DNA of 63,723 bases, filler included, from Xylographa opegraphella (lineage: Eukaryota), in the NCBI GenBank assembly GCA_022813865.1. It is 5 parts of 5 records of this genome, joined end to end, with 100 filler letters (N's around TTAATTAATTAA, not from the genome) between each part and the next. Parts side by side here need not be neighbours in the genome. Positions count along the whole stretch, not along the records: positions 13,731 to 27,000 come from JALDZX010000161.1; 4 more parts are not named here. One strand, 5' to 3'. The translations under genes were made by a program, and so were the position numbers. Position 1 is the first letter of the stretch. Every line of letters starts with the position of its first letter. The notes under the pieces were generated by a model that saw only the letters and a list, made by a program, of their open reading frames with translations, did no database searches and had not been told where the DNA came from. Of this stretch, positions 13,631 to 25,838 are shown one piece after another.

Positions 13631-13730
13631 NNNNNNNNNNNNNNNNNNNNNNNNNNNNNNNNNNNNNNNNNNNNTTAATTAATTAANNNNNNNNNNNNNN
13701 NNNNNNNNNNNNNNNNNNNNNNNNNNNNNN
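13631..13730. other. Artificial scaffold linker N44-TTAATTAATTAA-N44
   Basis: Identical 100-bp structure occurs four times; the 12-mer gives stops in all six frames. Confidence 0.97.
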
Positions 13731-13791
13731 GGCCTAATCGGCTATAGTAAAGGACCAACAACACAGACTGCTAACGCCCTGATTTTCAACA
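13731..13791 (-). mobile_element. LTR family C, partial at scaffold start
   Basis: Matches 10188-10248. Confidence 0.85.
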
Positions 13792-14714
13792 GCTATTAAA
13801 AATAATTTCTGCAAAAAGTATTTTTTTTCATAAAAAAATGCTGTAAATAGGATTTTTTATACGTTAAAAGGATTTATTTAAAAATAACGTCGTTCATAAA
13901 AATAAAACCGATTAAATACAAGATTTAATAAGTTTTTATATTTAAAATATCTCGTGCTTCAAAACCAAAGGTGGTACGTATATTAAAAAAAGAATATTAA
14001 TCGAAACAATCGAATATTACGAAAATTTTTACATAATTTTATAATTTTTAGTAAAAAAATTCGAGCTTGAAAAACATCGATTTATCAACGTGATTATATA
14101 TATCAATAAAATAATTATTCGAGACGTAAATATATCGCTTAATATAAAATAATTTATTAAAAAGTTCGCGGGTATATAAATCGTAAATTTAATAAGTCTA
14201 CAGTTCGAGTACAATTAATTAAATTTAATAAAAATAATAAAATTTATCGAGTTTTAAATTTCGTTAAATTTATTGCGAAATTATATAATAATAATAATAA
14301 AAATTTAATCGCGTAGTTTTGTCAAACTATAAATATTATTTTAAATAATTTATTTTAAATCTGTTGAATGTTTATTGACGATATAATTATAAAGGGCCTA
14401 AAAAGTTAATATAACGAAAAGAAAGCCTTGTTTAAAATACGGCGATATATTTTAAAATTTATATAAAATTTCGATTGAATAATATATAATATAAAACTGG
14501 CTAAAAGTATATATATGCAAGGTAAAATTATAGTTTATAATTAAATAATTAAAAATAATAAAATATATTTATAGGCTAAAAAAGAAACTGCTTAAAATAA
14601 TCAAAATTTTAAAAATAATAAAATAATCGTTTTGCTGTTCGATCGAGAAAACGCGGATTTTTATAAAAAAAATATATGTTTTCGATTATAAATAAAAGCT
14701 TTCGCGGTGATAAT
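13792..14714 (+). mobile_element. RIP-degraded Gypsy RT fragment of a second lineage
   Basis: Colinear with about 49700-50620; relics of TIRDAN, SGYDQ and FVDD-type motifs. Confidence 0.7.
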
Positions 14715-14945
14715 TGTAACGGCGTGTTACATGGCACCTTAACAAGTGATAGACGGAACGGGACTAAAGCGCGTCCGGGACTCAGGCTAGTTCGAAAGCG
14801 GTTAAGAGTCTTGGCGTTAGCACTGTTTATTTTAACTTCTACGTGTATTACTAAACTTGCTTCCTTNTATTATTCTAGGTTGAAATCGCTCACCTATAGC
14901 TGTGGTTCTAGGCCTGCTTTTCTGGTGAGATAGCGAGCTGTAACA
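14715..14945 (+). mobile_element. Short LTR family A (231 bp)
   Basis: Nearly complete sequence; flanks ATAAT/ACGAG do not form a TSD. Confidence 0.88.
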
Positions 14946-15229
14946 ACGAGCTCTAAAAAAATCAAAAAATCAAAAATACGCTAAAATTATAAATTATAAA
15001 TTCGAAATTTATTTTAAATATTATTTTTTATCGCTTTTATCGTATTATATTATTTATCATTTAAACTTTGTATTTATTATAAATTCAAGATATATTATTA
15101 TTTACGATTATTTTTAATTTTTAATTATAAATTTTATCGCTATATGATTATAAAATTTAAAAAAATATATCGTTATATAAATTATGAATTTTGAATTTAT
15201 TATTATTAATAATTGAATATTTAAAGTAA

Positions 15230-15435
15230 TCGATCAAATATTATTTTAATCGAATATTATATTCGATTAAATAATATATACGTAATTATGTTAAATTTTA
15301 TATAACTTTCAAGTAATTTATATAATTAACGTTATTTACATAATTTTCACAATAATATAACGTTTTTTATATAATTTATATTATACTGATTAATCATCTG
15401 CATTATGACATATTATTACATAATTCAATACATTG
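15230..15435 (-). repeat. Island-border repeat, copy 1
   Basis: Reverse complement aligns with about 44860-45085 and 38392-38530. Confidence 0.75.
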
Positions 15436-15440
15436 ATATA

Positions 15441-15882
15441 CAGCGAATTCCTCGACTGACTTTAACGCACCCCTGTAATTCCCTTGTTGTACCCTTTGTC
15501 CCCTGCTTTGTCATTATTCTCGGCTGACCCTAGTCTGAAACCCTAAAACGCGTAATCCTTCATAAAAGTTACGCACGCAGTATCATTATTATCCGCAGTT
15601 TTCTTCTTCCTTTATAAAGCCCTATAATTCCGTCGCAATTTAAGCTTGACCCTTTCTATTTCGAGTTTTTAAAAGGACTTTTCTTTTATTAAAACAGCGC
15701 ATAACAAATACGTAATTAAGACAAAAATAACGATAAAAAACGTTATTGACTGGTAATCGTATAAATAAACCAATTAAAATACGAAAAGCAAAGGTCAGCC
15801 GAGGAATAGTAACAGAACAGGGAACACGGGGTACAACGGGGGAATTACAAGGGTGCGCGAGGGTCAGCCGAGGGATTCGCTG
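15441..15882. mobile_element. MITE with about 90-bp TIRs
   Basis: CAGCGAATTCCTCGACTGAC... and ...GTCAGCCGAGGGATTCGCTG; each TIR carries a CTCGGCTGACC-like motif twice; flanked by CATTGATATA / CATTGACACA. Confidence 0.85.
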
Positions 15883-16054
15883 CATTGACACACCAGGTTC
15901 AGCAGCTCCGCACTAAATTGGTCTAGCGTTCAGTTTCGTGTCCTCCACAAGTCCTGAATATTTTTTTGTAATTCTGATCACATAACAACTGGACTTCCAA
16001 ATCCCGCATTTCATCACCTTATACGTGTGGGACCTCTCGAAGATCGTTTACAAC

Positions 16055-16716
16055 ATGGTAAGCAACGCGGAGCAATCCGATTAGGGAATACTGTAATTAC
16101 AGTATTACCTCCAACTGTCTGCGTGTGACTAAATGATGTACTATCTAAATTGCAACTACTAACATCACAATGGTAGTCTTCTCCACGCCCCGGCTCCCCT
16201 GTCAATTCTCCGTCCCTCGGGTCCACAACAGCACGCCCTTCGTCACCAACACCGCCAGGAGGTCCGAAGACAGCGATACGCCGGAAAGCCGCGGCGGACC
16301 GAGCAGATCGAACTGCTAATGCTCGACCAGCAAGCACCCGCGCTGCTGGCGCTGGGGGCAGCAGCAACACCATGATGAGTATGTTTTCTGTTGCATTCGG
16401 GGCTTTCGGGGCTTTCGGGGCTTTCGGGGCTTTCGGGGCTTTCGGGGCTTTATGACAATGCCAGACTCAAGGAACGAACGATAATTCGACTGGTGGATGA
16501 AACCTCACGTTTTCTGATGTTTTTCAACTTTCGTAGGACTTTACACGGATGAGTCTCCAGGACTCAAAGTGGACCCGGTCATTGTTCTGGTGCTATCACT
16601 TGGTTTCATTTTCAGTGTGGTAGCTTTACACAGTAAGTTGTTTGTTAATGAACACTTGTCTTATGGCTGATGATATGCCAGTTATCGCAAAGATTGCTCG
16701 GCGCTTCTCGTCATAA
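16055..16716 (+). CDS. SBH1: Protein transport protein Sec61 subunit beta; 4 exons (16055-16057, 16177-16378, 16537-16632, 16682-16716)
   Basis: Spliced product MSSPRPGSP...AIRRKAAAD...[53 protein letters not shown]; not visible in the ORF track. Confidence 0.93.
16396..16450. repeat. Intronic 9-bp minisatellite (TTCGGGGCT) x6
   Basis: Perfect tandem array in Sec61beta intron 2. Confidence 0.95.
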
Positions 16717-17323
16717 GGAACATATATCATCGCGCAGCATGTGAAGGCTTTATCGGGCAGCTGTGATCACTTGCAACCTGTTATGTCGTGGTTCAGTTAT
16801 ATTGGAGGTTCAGTTATGTTGGAGGTTCAGTTATGTTGGAGATGAAAGTCAACCTATTGTGGCAAGTTCGATGAGCTCTTGACTCAACTTCCCTTCATCC
16901 AAGGACATTATGTATCACTAAGGATGAGAGGACGTTGCGGAACCTCGGATAAGCTGCTTGTATTTGTTCTCTGGCTCCAGCGAAAGTTCTCCATGCATTA
17001 CTCCATCAACACGTTTGTGATCCAAAATATACCAGTTTCTCAAGGAGCCAATATACCTCTCACACTTAGCTGGACTTATCAAGAAATTCAATGATACAAC
17101 ATGGTTGCGCAGAAATAGGGAATGGAACAGATATTCCGTTGCTTCTTACCAAGCTGCACTATTACCGGCCTGCAGCCGTTGGACGGAGTATGGCGCATTA
17201 CATCACCTACACCACGTCTTTGTCCTGGATAGCATCAGGCCTACTGCATCTTGCATCATCAAAGATTGCAAAGCACCGTTTTCTGTACGCAAAAGGCGCA
17301 CCAGTAAATCGGTTGACCTTGCA

Positions 17324-19825
17324 CTATCTCAATCTTCCGTTCTGTATATTGCTTTCATTTTCTTTCCGTGTGGATGGTTGTTCCTGGGTCGCGGTCTCAT
17401 CTCCGTTGATCCACGCATGACTCAGCTCTTCATCGATACGATTCCGCCTCTGCTTCCATTGCTCCACCTTGGCAAGCCTATCTCGAAGCTCTTGCAACTC
17501 TCGTTCCACTCCTATCTTCTCCTCTTCCGTGCCGACCCTCTCGAAATCCCAACCCGCCCCCTCAGTGCCCAAACCCAAGGTCAAGTTGAAAGTGTGATAC
17601 TTCTTCAATGAGACCCTCGTTGATATTGTGATTAGTGTTATCTCCTTCTCTTTGCAATGCTCGTACAGTAAACCTTCAACGTCGGACGATACAGCAGAAG
17701 TGCCTTCATCGATGATAGCATACCTAGGTCCATGGTACAGCAAGCGTGCCATCGCCATTCTCTGCTTCTCACCACCGCTAAATACGTTCTTCCATTCTTT
17801 TCGACAATCCCAGCCACCCTCCCGGTCTGGAAGATATCCTAGACGAACTTCTTCAAGTACTTGACTCAAATCGTGATCGCGCTTTCCAGAATCCCTCATA
17901 TCCATCTCGCTGTGCGGATAAATGACTTGGTCCCGAAGAGTGCCGATGCTGAGATATGGGCGTTGAGGTAGAAACATGATACCATCGGTACCGATCCCGC
18001 GAGGCATACTGACCAAGCCACGGTATACTGGCCACAGACCCGCCACTACCCTAGCGACAGCAGACTTCCCCACTCCATTAGACCCTGTTATGAGAAGATG
18101 TTCACCCGGGTGTACGATGAACGATAATGCTTCAGTGAGCTCATCTCCTCCACGAGGATAGAGAGAAGGTGTTACTATAGGTGCATTCTCTAGCCTCACT
18201 CCATCGAAGCCTTTATGTATAGTCCCTTGAACATCTGACAAAGAGTATAGCTCTGCATGTGTACCACGAGGCGGATAGTAAGCGGCAGTGTGAACCCGAT
18301 GTAACGTCGATATGAGTATGTAGATACGTGATGTATACCCTGCTAGCTCAGAGAGATCTTTGATGCTATACATGATGCGCCCACCCGCGTCCGCTAGAGA
18401 AAGCATGAGCCGCCTGTTCGTGATAAAATCTTTCATGCGGCCCCTTTCGCGGTTGTGGCTTTTGTCACCGTTTGAAAGCGCCAGAGCACCGCCGACCCCA
18501 CCCCAAGCAGGAATAAACACAGGTAACGAAGTGATCAGGTATCCGAACGCAGACCAGCAATATTTGAGCATGAAATCCTCGAGAATGTTATATCGGATTT
18601 TAAGTGCATAGATCCCTTCCATCCATGATCTCAGGGCTCTGAAACGTTCATCAAGGAAGACCTTCTCCATAGCAGCTCCTCCATAGAATGCAACTTCCTC
18701 AGCATTGGCGATCAAACGAGCATGCAAGCTGCGAAATTCGCCTTCTCGTCGACCTTCCACTGCTTTAAGCTTTCCGAACGGCGGAGAGAGTCTTCGCAAC
18801 AAGGTGGCCGTGGAGAGATAGTTTATCAGCAATCCTGTCAGCGCTAGCGGTCCCAATGACCTAGAAAGCTGGTAATTGAAGACACAAAGATCGACAAACG
18901 GCTTCCCTACCGAAGAGTACAACGAGGCCGCGGAAGCACAAAATAAAGTAAGGTCTTGAGTGATAAACTGGTCGGCGCCTTGCCCAATACCCCCATCAAG
19001 ATTCGAAAGCTTGTAGTAATTCAAATTGTCATTTAGGTAGAGGTCATGTATATACCGAATCAGTCTTGTACGGAAAGCAATAGAGACTTTGCTCTGCAAG
19101 AATTTGATAGCAGCATTGGTATAGGAGGCGAAACCTGTAAAAGTTAGGGCCATAAGACCGGGAGACTTTGTACCGGGAAGCATGCCTCCAATCCCACACC
19201 ACTTGAGGATTCCCCACAAGAAAGCCCTTCCATGGCCGGCTACCAGGTCTCGCACAATTTCACCGTCGAGTCTTGCCACCACTAAAGAAAGGTATGTTCT
19301 GAGCATCAGGAAAGCACCCTGACTGAGTAAGAGACCTAACTCCCTACTGTTCCAGTGTGGGACCATGATACTCAAGAGACTGAGAAACTGATGCAGGAAG
19401 GCAAGGTTCAGCCCTGGTTTTATCTGCGGAGGCCGGACCTGCCTATCCCCCAGACGCGCCGCTCGAGAGGGATTCAGGAAAAGTCTTCGGTGTGCATCAA
19501 ATGTGGTCGGTTTCGTCGGATGAATGGTCACCTTAGCTGTCCCTGTCCGATAGGGAACGAAAATAGTTCTCGATCCATCTGGGCCACGCAGGCCAGAGTT
19601 ACGCCGTAGAAGGCGGTTTTCCCTCGCCTTCTCCGCTACCCATTGAATGTGCCAGCTCTTCGCTCCATAACCCCCAGCCACAATAGACAACACGAGGAAG
19701 AGGGTCGCGAATAATCGGACAGTTGTATTAATGGCTTCAAAGCCGGTCTTCACTCTGCGGGAGTATCTTGTAAGTAGGATAGCCACCGGATGGTCACAAG
19801 AGCGTAATATAGAGAGTACAGTCAT
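17324..19825 (-). CDS. PXA1: Peroxisomal ABC half-transporter (ABCD family), with probable 51-nt GC-AG intron at 19135-19185
   Basis: EEVAFYGG EAA-like motif, Walker A GSNGVGKS, FLPQRPY, FSGGEKQR signature, IIDEGTSAV. Confidence 0.92.
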   Translation of the reverse strand: MTVLSILRSCDHPVAILLTRYSRRVKTGFEAINTTVRLFATLFLVLSIVAGGYGAKSWHIQWVAEKARENRLLRRNSGLRGPDGSRTIFVPYRTGTAKVTIHPTKPTTFDAHRRLFLNPSRAARLGDRQVRPPQIKPGLNLAFLHQFLSLLSIMVPHWNSRELGLLLSQGAFLMLRTYLSLVVARLDGEIVRDLVAGHGRAFLWGILKWCGIGGMLPGTKSPGLMALTFTGFASYTNAAIKFLQSKVSIAFRTRLIRYIHDLYLNDNLNYYKLSNLDGGIGQGADQFITQDLTLFCASAASLYSSVGKPFVDLCVFNYQLSRSLGPLALTGLLINYLSTATLLRRLSPPFGKLKAVEGRREGEFRSLHARLIANAEEVAFYGGAAMEKVFLDERFRALRSWMEGIYALKIRYNILEDFMLKYCWSAFGYLITSLPVFIPAWGGVGGALALSNGDKSHNRERGRMKDFITNRRLMLSLADAGGRIMYSIKDLSELAGYTSRIYILISTLHRVHTAAYYPPRGTHAELYSLSDVQGTIHKGFDGVRLENAPIVTPSLYPRGGDELTEALSFIVHPGEHLLITGSNGVGKSAVARVVAGLWPVYRGLVSMPRGIGTDGIMFLPQRPYLSIGTLRDQVIYPHSEMDMRDSGKRDHDLSQVLEEVRLGYLPDREGGWDCRKEWKNVFSGGEKQRMAMARLLYHGPRYAIIDEGTSAVSSDVEGLLYEHCKEKEITLITISTRVSLKKYHTFNLTLGLGTEGAGWDFERVGTEEEKIGVERELQELRDRLAKVEQWKQRRNRIDEELSHAWINGDETATQEQPSTRKENESNIQNGRLR

Positions 19826-20536
19826 GCCGAATGCTGCCAGTATGCTTAAATGTTAGATAGCAGATGAGAAATAGAACGCAGGGTTTTGCGTTCCTTGTGA
19901 GCGTTCCTTAGGCATCATGCATAGTAGAAGATCTCGGTACATTTAAGGTAGTACTCGACAAAGGCGTCAGTGGGTTGGCCTCTCGAGTCTACTGACTCAA
20001 AGTAATGCTCAATTCCGCAGAGGGTCTGACACTCACTTCTCGACATCGTCCGTCCCTAGGTTTCACTTGCGCTCGGCTGGCCATACTTCCCGAGGCAAGC
20101 TTATCCTAGTGTGTACGGAGGTACGGAGTACTACGATCCCGGGCTCGCCTAAGGAAGAACTGTCAGCACCTACTTGTACTGTGTAGAGTATAAAAAAGTG
20201 TACTGTGTTAAAGAGCACTTGCTAGGAACTATGACCAATCTGTAAAAATATTGTTTGTTCTTCAAAAATGGATATTGGAAAGACTAGATATAGGCTACAC
20301 TATTGGCATACAGTCGGGTAGGCCAATGTTATGCTTCGTCGGTCCTACCGGGAGCGATGCAAATACTATCACGAAATACACAAACATGGTGAGCAGTATT
20401 CTTTATAGTTTTTTGGTATGACTATCGTGTGCTGCAATACCTGAGCTCACAAGCTCACAAGCTCATGAGGCCAGAACCCAAAGAATGCTGATGGTCCCGT
20501 TTTGTCTTTAAGAGCCCCACACTCTACACTAAGAAC

Positions 20537-21484
20537 TCAGGCGAATGTCGACGGTCTATGAGGACTAAAGAGCTTCTTGCTGTTTGTCTTCGCAACACGA
20601 TGTGGTAGAGGAAATTTAAGGCCCTTGATAAGAAGCTGCTTGATGTAAGGACGCTTGATGTCATCCGTCTTCAGAACTTCGACGACTTTGAGAATCTGTA
20701 AAGCCGGTAAGTGAGGGACTATGAGGATAAATATCTGGACGCCTACATGAATAGATCTGAATCGGGCTCGATGGCGGGCCGCCATGTCTTGGTAAAGCGC
20801 TTCAACTGCATCTGTTCTTGACATTTCACGATATTCCTTGTACATATTGTGGGTGCCTGAGCGCGAATCGTATCGGATCCATATGCCAAAGTTCTTCACC
20901 TTCATGGGACGCTTTTCGTGTATCTGCGAGTGGTTACCCCTATAACTTTAAATACCAGAAGAACAACGGAGTATAATAATGTTACTATAAACCTACCTCG
21001 TTCAAACTGACTATCTCTCCATTTGCCTTCTTAACTTTCCGGAGTTTCATCAAAAAATACCAGAACCTCGACTTGGCAACCACAGTGTTTGTGGCAAAGA
21101 TGCGCATACGATACAGCTTTGGTGTTGGATTAGTCTCGTTCGGCAAATGCCGCCCGATGACCTGATATTCTGTGAGACGCCCTGCCAGAAGAAGTCATCA
21201 GCTTGAGATGATTCACGTAGAGCATATCTGTTTAAGATTCATGGCCGTTCCAGTTACTCTACCACGACATGAATGCAATCCGTGCATTTCCATGTCACCG
21301 CACCACTTAATTATGGATACATTTTCCTGAAGTCGCCTGAAACAGGTGGGCAGACCACAGCCCGATGCTCAAAGGTGTATAGTCAAACAGCTGATTGCAT
21401 CAATGCTTCTCAACGAATTGTTCTGCATTGGATTTTGCAAACTGCAATGGGGTGTGTAGCGAAAGAAAGAACTTGCTTACCCAT
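20537..21484 (-). CDS. RPL20: 60S ribosomal protein L20 (eL20/L18a); 3 introns, first exon ATGG
   Basis: [14 protein letters not shown]...[23 protein letters not shown]...KFPLPHR; ATGG|GTAAGC at 21484-21475. Confidence 0.95.
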
Positions 21485-21783
21485 CTACAGAGAGTTAGCT
21501 ACCAGATACAGCGGGAAGAGCGATGCTACAAACCTTTGAGGAGACTTCAATTGAGGAGTGATGTCGTTGAAATGATATGCAGAAAGTGTGGTAGGGGTTT
21601 CAGTGCGCCTGGTTTCAGTGCGCCCAGTCTCCCAGCTTAAGCGAAGCCTAGCTTGGCAACCAATCTCGCTCGGCTTGCTAGCCAATAACCTTCATCATTA
21701 GGTACCATATCCTAAGAGGACTGCCGCCAGGTGAACTTTCAATTGACGAACGCTGTTCAACTGTATGCCAGAAGCAGATATCC

Positions 21784-23472
21784 ATGGATATAATCTCCAG
21801 AGATTTCCGTGTGGCGCACATGAGTTGCTCAGGTCCGCTACTAGCAACTACAATTACCCCCATCGCGCCACTGGACGATCCTAACCGCTTGATACGATTC
21901 TTCGAAAGCTCAAGGAGCTTTGCGGTCACAACTGACATTCGCGCTTGTCTGTTGGCTCACCCTAATGCCGAACTACGAAGTATAAAGTCGGAAGCTAGTG
22001 CTTGGGTTGATGTCTACGTTGCCTATTGGAAAGCCACAGGAGAGATACTGGCAGTGAACAACGGTGAAATGGGATGCTGGTCTAGGGTTTACGAATCATG
22101 GAAAGGGGTTATGAATGCCCTCATTCGGGGTTATAGTAATTCTGGGTTTGAGGCGTGGACGATTCCTTGTCTTTACGTGACAGCGCGGTATCTTCGTACT
22201 TTCGCCATACGGGCAGACAAGGAGCAGAACGTCGGGAACGGCGTATCGTTTGGTGTCGATGTACAAGACGATATGGCTGGGGACCATGGAAAGAATGAAA
22301 ACTTGGAGGATGCAGCGCGTATTATCAACCGGATATTCACCCTGTGTATCAGCGATCGGTATGGTAGATTTGCTGAAAGCACAATCATCTGTAGATTCGA
22401 CGCTGAGAAAACGTGCTAGAGCACCGCTTGAGATCTCTCGGAAATGGGGCTTATACTACACAACAAATCTGTTGTTCAAAACCTACTTCAAGGTGAATAT
22501 TTTGTCTTCCGGGTTTAACCAATGGTCCTAATGTTCTCATAGCTAAACTCTATTGGTCTTTCTAAGAACATCATCCGTGCTCTACAGGCTTCCCGGATTG
22601 ATATGCCTCCCATGGAATCATTTCCCAAGTCTCATATCGTGACATTTAAGTACTATGTTGGGGTCATTCTATTCTTGGAAGAAGACTATGTCCAGGTAGT
22701 ATTGAATTTCTTATTCAGATGTATTATTTTAGCTAATAATAGCCCGCTTCCTAAAAGGCAGAAGAGTATCTTACAGACGCTTGGAACATGTGCCACAGAG
22801 GTGCGCACCGAAATCAAGAGTGGGCAGCATTTTCTCACAAAAACATTAGATCACTGACAGTTGCGTAGACTGATTCTCACATATCTTATCCCGTGCCACC
22901 TTCTTACCACCCATACCTTACCCGCCGCCGACCTTTTAGCCCCGTATCCACGACTACAGCGGATTTTTGGCGATTTGGGCCAGTCTGTTAGGCGCGGTGA
23001 TCTTGCAGGCTTTGATGAAGCGCTGGCTAATGGTGAAGACGAGTTTGTTAGACGTCGTATCTATCTAACGCTAGAGCGAGGGCGTGACATAGCTTTACGG
23101 AACTTACTTCGTAAAGTCTACCTTGTCGGTGGGTTCGAAGAGCCGAAACATGATGCAACTCCCCTCCGAAGAACGAGGGTCCCAGTAGCCGAATTTGGTG
23201 CGGCTCTCCGTCTAGGCAGCAAGACAACGGATCATCTACTGGAAAATGATGAAGTTGAATGCTTGCTCGCGAACATGATCTACAAGGTGCGAGGCCCCGC
23301 TTCATGTGCTAACATTGCCTGAGGGAACCTTGCCTTGTAGTAGTCGCAATGGATGCTGAAACTGACGGACTTGTGATGACTTCAGAATCTGATAAAGGGC
23401 TACATATCGCGAGAAAGGGGAATTGTGGTACTGAGCAAGGGTGGCGCAGCCTTCCCTGGAACCGGTGTGTGA
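21784..23472 (+). CDS. CSN12: PCI-domain protein CSN12/PCID2-like; multiple introns
   Basis: [65 protein letters not shown]...GAAFPGTGV. Confidence 0.9.
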
Positions 23473-24061
23473 CAAACGTTGTCTTGAGTGTGCGCCGAAT
23501 TTGGGGGCCGGGCCTCTTCTCCGTAACATGCCAACTAAGGTATACTCCTGCTGGTCATCGCCTGTTACTCGCCTCATCACTAACCCTGTCAGGGCTTGCT
23601 TACGATGCTACAGAGGCGGTCGCAAGAAGTTACTGACAGAGGCCAGCCAATAATTTGGCCATCATGAGTCACAACGCTACTACACCCCGCATTCATCGAC
23701 AAATCTAGTTAGGTATGCTTGCGGATACAAGATTGGAAGACAATAGCAAACCTGATCACATGGATTGCATAGATGACTGAAGCATTGTTAATTTTGAGGA
23801 GCTGGCCTAGCAAAGAATAGGGACAAAGCGAAGATTCTTAGAACACGCTGAAGACAAGTCCGTCGTGCGAAAGAGAGAGCAAGAACTCATACGAATATTC
23901 CCAACTCCGACTGTACCCAATCTGAAATGTTTTAGTAGTATACATTCTTTTCAACCCTAGGCACCAAATATTTCCGGTTGTAGTACAAAATGGAATTGCG
24001 AATCATGAAGAGGAACAGCAGCGCAAGAAGGAACAACGTATGCTACCTGCGTAGAAGGGAC

Positions 24062-24972
24062 TCAACGTGGCGACCTGGTGATTGTTGAGATATCATCCAT
24101 ATGATTACACCTAAGTGTCATAATCAGTGTGACCGTATGGGTACGAGAGAGAGGACTTACATCGCAACATATAAATCGAAGAACATCTTGCCGCCTCTTT
24201 CCATCTCCGTCTGCATGGTACCACTTCTCTTGAAGGTGTTACGGCTCCGAATGATGAGCGCCAGATAGTGTGCCCGTAATTCCGAGTCGCTGTCGGGTGT
24301 ATTCTCATAAGCGTATCTAGAGCTTGCAAGAATAGTAGAACATTGAATCCCAGATTGTAGACCCTGCTTACGGAGGGCAAGCCTCTTCAGCTCTTCTAAG
24401 CCGTATCGATCCGCCGTGCAGTAAAGCAAGGTATCTTTGAGCAGTTCTTGTTGCGTACCTGAATCATATACCGTTGAGTTGACAGCTCCGCGGCCGCCGT
24501 TGTCAGTCTCCGTATTTTCCAATGCCCATGTATTTCGACGTTTATTATGAAGGAGACGAGGGTAGTAGTCGCCTTTGTATAGGTATTCAAGGACAGAGGA
24601 AAAGACCTCGGGGATTTCTTCTGGGAGATCTACCCTCTTCGATGTCGACTCAAGGAACTGGCCACGGATGATCGCCGAGAAAAAAGGGCTGCTGGCGAGC
24701 ACGTTCTCATGGGCGGCGAAGAGCCTCTGCTCCGGACCGACACAAAGAGTGATGATGGGAGACGTCAAATTACTTGGAGTGTTAGAGTAGATAGCAAGCC
24801 AGAGGACTTCAACTCACCTTCCGACAGGAAGGCTCCTGTCTAAGGCTGTTGCTCGCTCCACTCTACTACTGGAGGCAGCCTGTTCTCGGAAAGATCTCTT
24901 AGTCTTGCTGGTACTCTTTCCAGCACGATATTTCGAGAAGCTATCAGATTGAAGATTACGTCTGGCAAACAT
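24062..24972 (-). CDS. BTB/POZ domain protein; 2 introns
   Basis: SPIITLCVGPEQRLFAAHENVLASSPFF...VDLPEEIPEVFSSVLEYLYKGDY...YCTADRYGLEELKRLAL; ends inferred from splice sites. Confidence 0.85.
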
Positions 24973-25838
24973 TGCGGTAACTTGTGATCAAAAAAGCTTT
25001 GGGGATAATGGGCATGTCAGTAAGCCAGCCTCAATCAGAACGAAGGATGGAAGGCCTCGTGATAGAACTTGGTTGCGTGGAGACGAAAGAGACCTTTTCA
25101 AAGGAGTGAGACGAGAAAGTGTGTCCGAGCAACATGAGCGGTAGTGCACTTCCTTAAGTACACGACAACAGGTTGCTATCAGTAGGCGTAGTAGTCCCAC
25201 TAGTCACGCAAAGTGGTTGCAGGAGAATCCGCGCTAAGGACGCGATATCACGTGCCGGCAGCTTTGACTCAACTCCCGAGGAAAGGGGGTTGTTGCTCGA
25301 GAATCAAAGATTAGTAGTGGTCTGTTTGTAATAGAACTTGCTCTGTGACCATGGTTTCCATGATTTCCGGGAGCAGGGGGCGAGGATCTTCCACTTAGCC
25401 ACTGTTATGTACCATCTGCGGGGCAGAGACGGAGGCGTTCCGGCAAGTCTTCCCCTATCGCAAGAGCCCATGATGGATTATGACTGGGCTCCATGCTTGA
25501 CGCGTTCGGCCCCATGCGGCGCACGTCAAGGCAGCAGCAGCAGCAGTAGCAAACGTAACCACGAACAAGACATCCCTGCCATCTACGAGACTTCCATCGA
25601 GCCGGAGGGGTCGTGCTGGTTTCCGAAGAACTGGAGTTCAGGCTCGGGTATGACTGGTCGGAGTGTGCTGACTGCCTCGAAGTCACACCATCCCTGCAGC
25701 CAAAGGGTGGCCTTTACATAAAGTTGCCTTAGCTCGGGAAGTCAGGAACCGCTAACCTGAAGCCCAGGGCAGTAAAGCTCTGTTCCGCTGCGCATATCAT
25801 GCCTCAATTCGCATAATAAAAAGGTTTAGCAGTGGGTA

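Noticed and set aside
13675..13686. TTAATTAATTAA palindrome recurring about every 13 kb
   Set aside because: Always embedded in N44...N44; an artificial six-frame-stop linker, not a biological periodic site.
14676..14933. Repeated small ORF CNGVLHGTLTSDRRNG (also 27977-28177)
   Set aside because: Chance read-through of LTR family A; the start codon lies in unrelated flanks.
16014..16373. 119-aa minus-strand ORF
   Set aside because: Shadow of GC-rich Sec61beta exon 2 on the plus strand.
21183..21480. Long first intron of RPL20 as a snoRNA host
   Set aside because: Could not identify convincing C/D or H/ACA boxes by eye; a covariance-model search would be needed.
25338..25721. 127-aa and 93-aa overlapping ORFs with a CAG run
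   Set aside because: No recognisable domain or convincing exon structure; likely upstream region of the BTB gene.
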